Below are positions 40,901 to 49,489 of a stretch of DNA of 49,489 nt, piece after piece. The position numbers and the translations under genes are program-made. The DNA comes from a bacterium. GTDB lineage: Bacteria > Bdellovibrionota_C > UBA2361 > RFPC01. The notes beneath the pieces are model-generated. The model did no database searches, was not told the origin of the DNA, and saw only the letters and a program-made list of their open reading frames with translations. The stretch covers positions 1 to 49,489 of the forward strand of contig JALEGQ010000033.1 of assembly GCA_022763385.1 (NCBI GenBank). Reading direction: 5' to 3'. Every line of letters begins with the position of its first letter. Positions within the stretch are counted from its first letter, which is position 1.

Positions 40901-41027
40901 GTTTCACAAGGTGTCTGACACCCGCGGAAGCCTCGTGCAGACTGGAGGTGCCACGCACCATTCGGGAGACCGCTCTGGAGGTGCCACGCACCGTTCGAGG
41001 GGGTGGTTTCACGAGGTGTCTGACACC
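40901..41027. repeat. REP-like short palindrome cluster (A-B-B-A)
   Basis: GTTTCACRAGGTGTCTGACACC at 40901-40922 and 41006-41027; CTGGAGGTGCCACGCACC at 40942-40959 and 40975-40992. Confidence 0.85.
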
Positions 41028-41076
41028 TTGTGGGGGGTGGGTTGCGGGGGGTATGGTGGGGGCTGGAGGGCGCTCG

Positions 41077-42102
41077 GTGTCTATTACGGTGATTGATTTT
41101 GAGGAGGGGGAAGAGGTTCGGATATACGAGAACCTCGACCAGGTTGGCGAGCTGACGCCCAACCGTTCGCTCTGGGTTGATGTGCAGTCTGATGACGTTG
41201 CGGAGCTTTCTCAGGTGGCGGCAGCCTTTGATTTTCATGAGCTGACGGTTGAGGACTGCCTTACCCCGGGCCATTTTCCGAAGATCGATGATTATGGCTC
41301 GTATCTCTTCATTCTTCTCCGAGGACTGAAGTCCTGGGGGGAGGTTGAAGAGGTGTGGGAGGAGGAAGAGGAGGATGGGGGCTCGGGCGAAGAGAAGGCC
41401 GAGCAGGAGTCGTATACCCGGAAGATCGCAATTTTTCTCTCGAAGAACCTGATCGTGACCTACCGGCGTCGCGAGGTGGCGTGGTTGGATGCTCTCGTTC
41501 GGAAGGCTCAAGCTAAGCCTGAAGCAACCCTTGCAGAGGGTACTGAGGGGGTCGCTCACCGGGTTATTGATGTCCTCACCGACCGTTTTCTTCGCGGACT
41601 GGGCTTTTTTGAGAATGTGGTGGAGTCCTTTGAGGATGTCGCTCTTGAAAAGCCGGAGGAGTTCGAGGTCCAGGAGCTCTTTGAGGTGAAACGAGAGCTC
41701 GTTTACCTCCGGCAAGTGGCGCGAAATCAGCGGAGCATCATCTCTCAGCTCGCCAGCGATCCTACTCTCATCTCCGATAGCCAACGGCGGCGGTATTTTA
41801 AGGATATTGACGATCACAATGTGGCGATTGTGAGAGGACTGGATAAGCAGATCCAGGCTGCCATCAGTATTCGTGATAGCTATCTCGCCGTGGCCAATAT
41901 TCGACTTGGTGATACGATGCGCATCCTTACGGTGATCACCACGATCACTGCTCCACTAAATCTCCTCGTCGGATTGTACGGAATGAACTTTACGGTGATT
42001 CCTCTCCTTGGAAACCCGAACGGATTCTGGTTTGTCCTCGGTGCGATGCTCCTGGTGGGCATCCTCATGCTGCTCTACTTTCGAAAGAAGCGGTGGATTT
42101 GA
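41077..42102 (+). CDS. corA: CorA family Mg2+/Co2+ transporter
   Basis: LWVDV, FHELTVEDC, PKIDDY, YFKDIDDH, MRILTVIT, signature YGMNF, two C-terminal TM segments. GTG follows GGAGGG. Confidence 0.93.
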   Translation: MSITVIDFEEGEEVRIYENLDQVGELTPNRSLWVDVQSDDVAELSQVAAAFDFHELTVEDCLTPGHFPKIDDYGSYLFILLRGLKSWGEVEEVWEEEEEDGGSGEEKAEQESYTRKIAIFLSKNLIVTYRRREVAWLDALVRKAQAKPEATLAEGTEGVAHRVIDVLTDRFLRGLGFFENVVESFEDVALEKPEEFEVQELFEVKRELVYLRQVARNQRSIISQLASDPTLISDSQRRRYFKDIDDHNVAIVRGLDKQIQAAISIRDSYLAVANIRLGDTMRILTVITTITAPLNLLVGLYGMNFTVIPLLGNPNGFWFVLGAMLLVGILMLLYFRKKRWI

Positions 42103-42105
42103 GCC

Positions 42106-44280
42106 TTACCCCGCAGGAAGTGTCAGGTCAGAATGTGTCTTCAGCTGAATGTCTCCATTCATCTCTGGAACGAACCGGCGAAAGATCTCCTCCCACTCTT
42201 GAGCACATCGTTGCCAGGAAAATCTCTGGATGCGGTCTCTTCCCCTGCGTATCAATGTTCTTCGGGTACTCGGCTTTTGTACTTCACAAAGAGCATCACA
42301 CAGGGATGACGGGTCCGAAGCATAGAGCGCAGCTTCACCTGCAACTTCCTGGGCTGCTGCACTTGGATACGCAACGACAGGACAGTGACATGCCATGGCC
42401 TCAATAAGTGGAAGGCCAAATCCTTCATAAAGTGAGGGGAAAACAAGGCTGACAGCCCCGGTATAGGCGGCAGAGAGCTCTGCTTCTGAAAGCCGACCGG
42501 CATATATCTCACTGCCGGTCTTTGCCCTGCCATACTGTGCTACTCCTTTATCGTTACCGGTACAAAACACTCCGTACCCATGCTGAGCAGAGAAAAGTGA
42601 AAGGGCATCGAAGAGCAACTGTCCGTTTTTATAGTCAAGTCGAGGTCCGACTAAAAGGAAATATGGCTTGTCGATCTCGTACTTTTGGTGAAAGTGCATG
42701 AGTTCCTTCACCGAAGCTGGAGTAAAACGGTCTTGGTCATATGCGATTGGAACGGCGATGACCTGTGATGGTGGAATTTTAGGATAAAACCGGTGGAGAT
42801 CGGCCTTGGTGTTCTCTGATATACAGATAATCTGTGAAGCATACTCAATGGCATCTCTCTTCTGCCTCCAGTGAGGCTCATTAAGATTCCAACCAAGGTG
42901 CTCGGGGATCATATCATAAAGATGTAATACTGATGGGGTCGAGAGCGGCGTGGTGTAATAGGTAGAACAGAAGAGTGCTGCTTGTTCTTGTTGGCATATC
43001 GATTCAAGGAGAGCTCGATCCGAGAGTGGGTCAGATGCATCGTATCCGGGAATATCTCTCTTCCGAATTCCTGAAATACTTGGCGCCGTACGATCTCTAT
43101 CGAGCAGGACGATCTGATCCCTCAGTGGCCCCTGTGACCACTCTTCAAGCAGTGTCTGCCAAACCCTAGCAATTCCTCGGTGCTCTTCTGCAAAGTACAC
43201 TCCGTCAATGACTATCGATGGGCACTGAGAGGTTGTTATCTCAATAACCGTACTCTCCCCTTTCGAAGATTGCGCTGCTGGGAGTGCCACGGAATTGCCG
43301 AACCTCCATCCGCTGCTCTCTCTCTTTGCAAGCGGAGTCAATGGAAATCGCTCTACAGGTTCCACAACGGCACTATCTTTCACCCAGGGGAAGTAGTCCC
43401 TCAGGAGGACTGGAAATGTATTTTGCTCCTGAAGCTCCTTCCACTTTTTCAGTGCATCTTCATATCCGTAATACTGCTCCTTAAAGAGAAGTTGCTCCTC
43501 AGTTACATAGCTATAGTGCTGAAAAACAAGTCCTGCCTCTTCGGTTTCAAAGTGTGAGAAAGGATTCTTCCTTCCGAGATCTTCTCCGAGACTATTCTGA
43601 AGGATTGGTGGCTCATGAGCTATCCAACGAGACCCAGGTGTAAAACGCCAAGCTCGATGCCATTCATAGCTCGGGTTGGCCGCATAGCAGTTTCTTGAAC
43701 TGAGTATTAATTCAGGACCGACAAAGTACCAACACCAAAACCACGCAGCAGACTTCTCTGGATTGTTACAGAACATTTCATGCAGTGTGGTAAGTTGTTC
43801 TGCGGTCCACAGCTCATCACTATCAACTTGAAGAAGCAGGACTTCACTCGAGATGGTAGAAAGTGGAGCATTTACCATTTCCCGCTTTCCATCCCAAAAT
43901 TCACCTGGCGGCTTTCTGTACAACGAAATGTTCTCTGGATACTGTGCCTGAAGCTCATCGAGATACTGCGAAGTCCCATCACGAGATCGTCCCTCATGAT
44001 GAAGATGTGCTGGAAGCTTTCCTCCATTCTCGAGAGACCAGCTCGTATCATGCTTTAGCTCTGCAACGCCCTCAATAATATGCCAGTGCCAAGGAATCTG
44101 AAGGCGCTGGAGCATCTCGATGTGATAGCGAATAAACGGTTCACCATTGAGAACAATAGTGAAGAGGTGAATGGGAAGCTGTTGCATCTCTCTCAAAGTC
44201 TCCGGAATGAAGGAACTCCAGCTCAAACGGTGAGAGTTCCCCACTATAGATTCGAATCTCGGAAAGAACGGTGCGGACAA
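42106..44280 (-). CDS. Two-domain glycosyltransferase (GT-A-like N-terminus plus GT4 C-terminus)
   Basis: N: FTIVLNG, SRDGT, QVDSDELW. C: GIARVW, YDMIPE, ISENT, YKNG, FPSLYEGFGLPLIEAMAC. Start may be at ATG 44187. Confidence 0.85.
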   Translation of the reverse strand: MSAPFFPRFESIVGNSHRLSWSSFIPETLREMQQLPIHLFTIVLNGEPFIRYHIEMLQRLQIPWHWHIIEGVAELKHDTSWSLENGGKLPAHLHHEGRSRDGTSQYLDELQAQYPENISLYRKPPGEFWDGKREMVNAPLSTISSEVLLLQVDSDELWTAEQLTTLHEMFCNNPEKSAAWFWCWYFVGPELILSSRNCYAANPSYEWHRAWRFTPGSRWIAHEPPILQNSLGEDLGRKNPFSHFETEEAGLVFQHYSYVTEEQLLFKEQYYGYEDALKKWKELQEQNTFPVLLRDYFPWVKDSAVVEPVERFPLTPLAKRESSGWRFGNSVALPAAQSSKGESTVIEITTSQCPSIVIDGVYFAEEHRGIARVWQTLLEEWSQGPLRDQIVLLDRDRTAPSISGIRKRDIPGYDASDPLSDRALLESICQQEQAALFCSTYYTTPLSTPSVLHLYDMIPEHLGWNLNEPHWRQKRDAIEYASQIICISENTKADLHRFYPKIPPSQVIAVPIAYDQDRFTPASVKELMHFHQKYEIDKPYFLLVGPRLDYKNGQLLFDALSLFSAQHGYGVFCTGNDKGVAQYGRAKTGSEIYAGRLSEAELSAAYTGAVSLVFPSLYEGFGLPLIEAMACHCPVVAYPSAAAQEVAGEAALYASDPSSLCDALCEVQKPSTRRTLIRRGRDRIQRFSWQRCAQEWEEIFRRFVPEMNGDIQLKTHSDLTLPAG

Positions 44281-44377
44281 TCACCGTCCGCCGGAACGGA
44301 GAGAAGGCTCCCTGCATCTCAAATGGGAGAACATTCTGATAACCGAACGGCAGCGCCCTCACAGGCTTTTATAACAT

Positions 44378-45046
44378 ATGGGAATTACAGAGATTATCCA
44401 GCCTGAGATTAAGGATGATGAGTTCTACGCAGTCATCTCCCAGATAGGGGCACAGCTGCCAGCTCGCCACATTCTCGAAATTGGTTCCAGCTCAGGTGCT
44501 GGCAGTACTGAGGCCTGGGTAAAAGGAATTACTCAGAATTCAGCTCAACCAACCCTGCACTGCATTGAAGTCAGTCGACCACGCTTCGAAGTACTCCAAA
44601 GAACCTACGCCTCGAATAAGCAGGTAAAATGTCACTGGACCTCTTCAGTTGACCTCTCACGCTTCCCGTCAAAAAAGGAGGTCATCGACTTCTACCACTC
44701 CGTTCCATCAATTCTCAATCAATATTCCCTGGAACAGGTCCTCGGCTGGCTTGAGCAGGACATCGACTACATCGCGAGTGCAAAGGCGCCAACAGATGGG
44801 ATACGAAAGATTCTGCGAGATGAGCAGATATACACCTTTGATGCCGTACTCATTGATGGAAGTGAATTCCTCGGTGCCGCCGAATTCAGTGAGATATACG
44901 GTGCACCAATCATTCTCCTTGATGACATCTGCGGCTACAAGTGCCACTTTCCCTATCAATGGCTCAAGAAAGACCCCTCATATAAGTGTGTCGCCGAGAA
45001 TACGGGCCTCCGAAACGGTTATGCGGCCTTTCAGAAAATTCAGTAG
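44378..45046 (+). CDS. Class I SAM-dependent methyltransferase-like protein
   Basis: ILEIGSSSGAGST motif I, CIEVS, FDAVLIDG, LLDD. Confidence 0.65.
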   Translation: MGITEIIQPEIKDDEFYAVISQIGAQLPARHILEIGSSSGAGSTEAWVKGITQNSAQPTLHCIEVSRPRFEVLQRTYASNKQVKCHWTSSVDLSRFPSKKEVIDFYHSVPSILNQYSLEQVLGWLEQDIDYIASAKAPTDGIRKILRDEQIYTFDAVLIDGSEFLGAAEFSEIYGAPIILLDDICGYKCHFPYQWLKKDPSYKCVAENTGLRNGYAAFQKIQ

Positions 45047-45172
45047 GAGAGAGCACTGCAGCTCACCTGTTTTTTAGCTCCTCATGCACCCCTCACTCTT
45101 ATTTCTTCATCAAAAGAATGACTCCCAGAGAAAGCAATTGTTCTCGGGAGAACCGTATTCTGCGAGGGCCGC

Positions 45173-45610
45173 ATGACTGAAGACGAGAAGGTTGATGGAA
45201 CGAAAGTAGCAGCGGAGATTCTGAAGCGGATGGATGGTCCGGCTCAGACTCGGATTGTTGCAAATATTGAGGCAGCAGCACCGGAACTGGCAGAGAAGAT
45301 ACAGGAAAATCTCTTTCGATTTGATGATATTGCGGAACTTCCCGACCGCGGCGTACAGGTCCTGGTGCAGTCAGTCAACCACCACGATCTCGTGCTCTCT
45401 CTAAAAACAGCGGCTCCCACGACAAAGCAACGTATTCTGGAGAATGTTTCAGAGCGAAAGAAAAACCTTATCGCTGCGGATGAAGCGAGCCAGGGGCCGA
45501 TTAAGCTCTCTGAGGTTGAGAGCGCCCAAAAGCGCATCCTCAACACACTCGACGAACTCCGAAGCTCCGGAAAAGTCCGAACCGGCTCTTCTCACGATAT
45601 CTGGGTATAG
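45173..45610 (+). CDS. Standalone FliG C-terminal domain protein
   Basis: 'PELAEKIQENLFRFDDI...L..SLK...ILENVSER...GPIKLSEVESAQKRI' matches FliG-C. Only 145 aa. Confidence 0.8.
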   Translation: MTEDEKVDGTKVAAEILKRMDGPAQTRIVANIEAAAPELAEKIQENLFRFDDIAELPDRGVQVLVQSVNHHDLVLSLKTAAPTTKQRILENVSERKKNLIAADEASQGPIKLSEVESAQKRILNTLDELRSSGKVRTGSSHDIWV

Positions 45611-45618
45611 GGACTTCC

Positions 45619-46488
45619 CTACTTGAGAAGTCCCTGAATCTTCTCACCGAGCATTGCAGGAGAGCGACTTACGGTTACTCCAGCAGCTTCAAGCGCCGCA
45701 AACTTTCCTTCAGCCGTCCCCTTTCCGCCGCTCACAATCGCACCGGCGTGACCCATCGTCCGGCCTGCAGGAGCAGTGGCACCAGCGATAAAAGAGACTA
45801 CTGGCTTTTTCATATTCTCCTGAATCCAGGCAGCAGCCTCTTCTTCAGCGGTTCCTCCGATCTCTCCGATCATCACCACCGCTTCGGTGTCGGGGTCCGC
45901 CTCAAAGAGCTCAAGACAATCGATAAAGTTCGTTCCATTCAACGGATCTCCCCCGATTCCCACACAGGTGGATTGTCCAATCCCAAGCTCGGTGAGTTGG
46001 AACACGGCCTCATAGGTGAGCGTTCCACTCCGAGAGACCACTCCCACATTTCCCGGCTTATGAATCTGCCCCGGCATAATACCGAGCTTCGCCTCTCCTG
46101 GGGTGATCACTCCAGGACAGTTTGGCCCAACAAGCCGAGTGCGCTTGCCCTTCATGAAGGTGTTCACCTTGAGCATATCGAGGACCGGAATCCCCTCCGT
46201 GATACAGATCACCAGGTCAAGGTCTGCATCGACCGCTTCCATGATCGCATCAGCCGCAAACGGCGGCGGTACGTAGATAATACTCGCGTTCGCTCCAGTC
46301 TTGTCCTTGGCCTGCTCAACCGTATCAAAGAGTGGAATACCGAGATGCTCTTTCCCCCCTTTTCCCGGCCCCACACCAGCAACCATCTGTGTGCCGTACT
46401 CAAGACACTTCTCCGTGTGAAAGCTCCCCGACTTCCCCGTCATTCCCTGGGTGAGAACCTTCGTGTCCTTGTTTACGAGAATACTCAT
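45619..46488 (-). CDS. sucD: Succinyl-CoA ligase alpha subunit
   Basis: [38 protein letters not shown]. Confidence 0.98.
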   Translation of the reverse strand: MSILVNKDTKVLTQGMTGKSGSFHTEKCLEYGTQMVAGVGPGKGGKEHLGIPLFDTVEQAKDKTGANASIIYVPPPFAADAIMEAVDADLDLVICITEGIPVLDMLKVNTFMKGKRTRLVGPNCPGVITPGEAKLGIMPGQIHKPGNVGVVSRSGTLTYEAVFQLTELGIGQSTCVGIGGDPLNGTNFIDCLELFEADPDTEAVVMIGEIGGTAEEEAAAWIQENMKKPVVSFIAGATAPAGRTMGHAGAIVSGGKGTAEGKFAALEAAGVTVSRSPAMLGEKIQGLLK

Positions 46489-46536
46489 CGCCTGCTCCTC
46501 ATCTCTCTTTGTGTTTTGATCTGCTATCGTTCACCG

Positions 46537-47697
46537 CTACTGAGCGGCACGAACTGCCTTCTCTGCCGCGTCTCCCATCGTGTCAGCTGGCTGAATATTC
46601 AGCCCAGAGTCTGCAAGAATCTTCCGACCTTCATCCACGTTGGTTCCCTGGAGTCGAACCACGAGCGGAACCTCAAGGCTCAGCTCCTTCGCTGCCTCAA
46701 CAATCCCTCCAGCAATAACATCGCACTTCATAATGCCGCCAAAGATATTCACTAAGATTGCTTTCACATTGGAATCATCAAGCAAGATCTTAAATGCTTC
46801 GGTCACCGTCTCCTTCGTGGCGCCCCCACCAACATCGAGAAAGTTCGCCGGCTCACCACCGAACTCCTTGATGATATCCATGGTACCCATCGCCAGACCG
46901 GCTCCGTTGACCATACACCCGATGTTTCCATCGAGACCGACGTAACTTAACCCGTGCTTTCCCGCCCGGAGATCTCTCGGATCCATCTCGTCGTAGTCTT
47001 GATACTCCTTCAGATCGGGATGCCGAAACATGGCGTTGTTATCTACGGTGCACTTGGCATCGAGCAAGACAAACTGCCCCTCCTTCGTGAGTACCAGTGG
47101 ATTAATCTCGAGGAGCGAGAGATCATTCTCCACAAAAAGGTCATAGAGGCCGTCAAGGAGCGAGGCAAACTCTCTGGCGAGCGGAGCAGTGAGCCCAAGT
47201 CGAAAGCCGACCTGAAGGGCCTGAAAACTCTGCAACCCAACACTCGGATCTACCAGCTCGGTGATGATCTTGTCCGGGGTCTTCTCTGCGACCTCCTCAA
47301 TATCCATCCCCCCTTCAGTAGAAACAACGATCGCAATTCGCTTTGCCGCTCGGTCTACGAGCATCGAGAGGTAGAATTCCTTATCGATATTACAGCCCGC
47401 TTCCACGTATACCTTGCGCACGAGCTTTCCGTCCTTTCCCGTCTGCGGAGTGACGAGCTTCATCCCAAGAATCGCTTCGCCGTGCTCTCTCGCCTCTGCC
47501 GCGCTCTTCGCGAGCTTTACGCCACCTCCCTTTCCGCGACCACCGGCGTGCACCTGAGCCTTTACCACACACACGCCTCCGCCAAGAAGGTCGGCTGCTG
47601 CCTCGACCTCTCCGGGGGTGTAACAGCAGTATCCCGGGAGAACGGGAAGTCCGTAGGCGGCCATCAGCTCTTTCGACTGGTATTCGTGCAGGTTCAT
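46537..47697 (-). CDS. sucC: Succinyl-CoA ligase beta subunit
   Basis: [45 protein letters not shown]. Confidence 0.98.
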   Translation of the reverse strand: MNLHEYQSKELMAAYGLPVLPGYCCYTPGEVEAAADLLGGGVCVVKAQVHAGGRGKGGGVKLAKSAAEAREHGEAILGMKLVTPQTGKDGKLVRKVYVEAGCNIDKEFYLSMLVDRAAKRIAIVVSTEGGMDIEEVAEKTPDKIITELVDPSVGLQSFQALQVGFRLGLTAPLAREFASLLDGLYDLFVENDLSLLEINPLVLTKEGQFVLLDAKCTVDNNAMFRHPDLKEYQDYDEMDPRDLRAGKHGLSYVGLDGNIGCMVNGAGLAMGTMDIIKEFGGEPANFLDVGGGATKETVTEAFKILLDDSNVKAILVNIFGGIMKCDVIAGGIVEAAKELSLEVPLVVRLQGTNVDEGRKILADSGLNIQPADTMGDAAEKAVRAAQ

Positions 47698-47804
47698 AAC
47701 ATTCTTTCCATTGGTTTATCGGTGCTGCTCTCTGAGCGTAGCCTCGAGAAGACGTTCACATACTCATGAACGTTGTTCAAGTGAGGAGTTTTTCCGAAAC
47801 GACC

Positions 47805-48581
47805 TCACTGCGCTGAAACATCATCTCGCGGATTTTCAACATTGGCGAGGGTCGCCTTTAGATAATCTCTATTCATCTGGCCAATATAAGTAATACTGAT
47901 TCCTTTCGGGCATGCTTCCTGACACTCGCCGTAGTTGGTGCATGAGCCGAAGAGCTCGTCATCCATGGCTTGAACCATCTGCTTTACCCGCTTGGTTCGC
48001 TCGGCCTCTCCCTGCGGAACCGCACCGAGATGAGAGATCTTTGCCGCGGTAAAGAGCATTGCTGAGCCGTTCGGACAAGCGGCAACACACGCCCCACACC
48101 CGATACACGCAGCAGCATCCATGGCACGCTCTGCATCTTCTTTCGCAATGGGAATTGCATTCGCATCGGGAGCGGATCCCGTTCGAACACTGATATATCC
48201 TCCCGCCTGAATAATCCGGTCAAAAGCGGCGCGGTCTACCATGAGGTCCTTCACGACAGGAAAGGCAGACGCCCTCCACGGCTCGATGTAGACCGTGTCC
48301 CCGTCCTCAAAGCTCCTCATGTGGAGTTGGCACGCCGTTGTATTTTGGTGTGGGCCGTGAGGTCGTCCGTTGATGACCAAAGAGCAGGTCCCGCAGATCC
48401 CCTCGCGACAATCGCTCTCGAATACGACCGGTTCCTTCCCCTCAGCCTCTAGTCGCCCGTTCAGTACATCGAGCATCTCAAGGAAGGACATATCTGGGCT
48501 CACATCGTCGACGGTGTGATCTTCAAAAGCCCCCTTCGACGAAGCAGAAGATTGCCGCCAGATCTTTAGGTGTAATTTCAT
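47805..48581 (-). CDS. sdhB: Succinate dehydrogenase/fumarate reductase iron-sulfur subunit
   Basis: [33 protein letters not shown]. Confidence 0.95.
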   Translation of the reverse strand: MKLHLKIWRQSSASSKGAFEDHTVDDVSPDMSFLEMLDVLNGRLEAEGKEPVVFESDCREGICGTCSLVINGRPHGPHQNTTACQLHMRSFEDGDTVYIEPWRASAFPVVKDLMVDRAAFDRIIQAGGYISVRTGSAPDANAIPIAKEDAERAMDAAACIGCGACVAACPNGSAMLFTAAKISHLGAVPQGEAERTKRVKQMVQAMDDELFGSCTNYGECQEACPKGISITYIGQMNRDYLKATLANVENPRDDVSAQ

Positions 48582-48589
48582 CTCATCCC

Positions 48590-49489
48590 CTATTTATAAC
48601 TGCGTTGCGTGAGCTTTACGTTCTCGAAGTCCAACTGTTCTCGGTGAAGATCCGGCTCCTTCCCGACGCCGTTAAACTTCCACGCCGCAACATAGCTGTA
48701 CTCCTCATCATTCCGGAGCGCTTCCCCTTCAGCGGTCTGATACTCCTCGCGAAAATGCCCCCCACACGACTCATTTCGGTTGAGGGCGTCAACACACATG
48801 AGCTCACCAAACTCGAGGAAGTCCGCCACCCGACCAGCTCGCTCAAGTACCTGATTGACTCCCTCAGCACTTCCTGGAACGGAGGCATGCTGCCAAAACT
48901 CCTCTCTGAGCTCCCTGATATCGGCAATGGCACTCTTCAGGCCCGCCTCTGTTCGCGACATTCCACACTGATCCCACATAATCCGACCAAGTCGCTTGTG
49001 AAAATCATCAACAGAACGGTTTCCGCTCAGTCCTAAAAGTGAACCGATCCGCTCTTCCACGGCCTCCTTCGCCTGTTGAAACTCCGCTCCGGAGGGATCT
49101 ACGCCCCCCGGTTCAGTCTGCGAAAGATAGTTTCCGATCGTATACGGAATCACGAAGTACCCATCTGCCAGCCCCTGCATGAGAGCGCTCGCCCCGAGTC
49201 GATTCGACCCGTGGTCGGAAAAGTTCGCTTCGCCAATGGCATACATCCCCGGAATCGTCGTCATCAGGTTGTAGTCAACCCAGAGCCCCCCCATGGTATA
49301 GTGAGGAGCCGGAAAGATCCGCATCGGAACCTGATACGGATTCTCATCCGTAATCCGTTCATACATCTCAAAGAGGTTGCCGTACCGCTCTCGAACCGCG
49401 TTCTCTCCCATGCGCTTGATGGAATCAGCGAAGTCGAGATACACCCCTAAGCCAGTGGCACCGACCCCATACCCCGCATCACACCGCTC
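48590..49489 (-). CDS. sdhA: Succinate dehydrogenase/fumarate reductase flavoprotein subunit (C-terminal part; 5' end outside window)
   Basis: [31 protein letters not shown]; frame open to the window end. Confidence 0.95.
   Translation of the reverse strand, partial: ERCDAGYGVGATGLGVYLDFADSIKRMGENAVRERYGNLFEMYERITDENPYQVPMRIFPAPHYTMGGLWVDYNLMTTIPGMYAIGEANFSDHGSNRLGASALMQGLADGYFVIPYTIGNYLSQTEPGGVDPSGAEFQQAKEAVEERIGSLLGLSGNRSVDDFHKRLGRIMWDQCGMSRTEAGLKSAIADIRELREEFWQHASVPGSAEGVNQVLERAGRVADFLEFGELMCVDALNRNESCGGHFREEYQTAEGEALRNDEEYSYVAAWKFNGVGKEPDLHREQLDFENVKLTQRSYK

Noticed and set aside
40888-41817. 309-aa minus-strand ORF with repeated C-terminal peptides (NGAWHLQS, CQTP)
   Set aside because: Antisense to corA; the peptide repeats are translations of the DNA palindrome cluster.
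35500-45046. tRNA-anchored genomic island or prophage
   Set aside because: No integrase, phage genes or duplicated tRNA 3' end noticed, and the housekeeping gene corA lies within the interval.
45748-47769. 335-aa and 271-aa plus-strand ORFs
   Set aside because: Antisense shadows of sucD and sucC, expected from codon bias.

Overview
Bacterial chromosomal window, by eye moderately GC-rich, dominated by housekeeping genes: guaA, der, rnc, mnmA with a cysteine desulfurase, a fused 2-oxoacid dehydrogenase E1, tilS-ftsH-cdaA-cdaR-glmM-tsaE, a MoxR/DUF58/Bat (VWA-TPR) operon, nadA, a DnaJ/CbpA-clpB pair, a tRNA(CAT), corA, sucCD and sdhAB. The gene content looks deltaproteobacterial or Bdellovibrionota-like; this is inference and was not tested. 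No integrase, transposase, phage or cas gene was recognised. The most unusual signal is non-coding: two head-to-head ~130-bp hairpin elements between nadA and clpB. They share two identical 23-nt boxes around unrelated 30/31-nt loops, while their outer stems differ in sequence but still pair. Other points of interest are a 1043-aa putative lipoprotein ending in a caspase/CHAT-like His-Cys domain, a REP-like palindrome cluster, a 50-bp tandem duplication after the tRNA, a kinase with a pseudo-receiver, a standalone FliG-C protein and a glycosyltransferase/methyltransferase pair. All family calls come from motif recognition by eye; no database searches were run.
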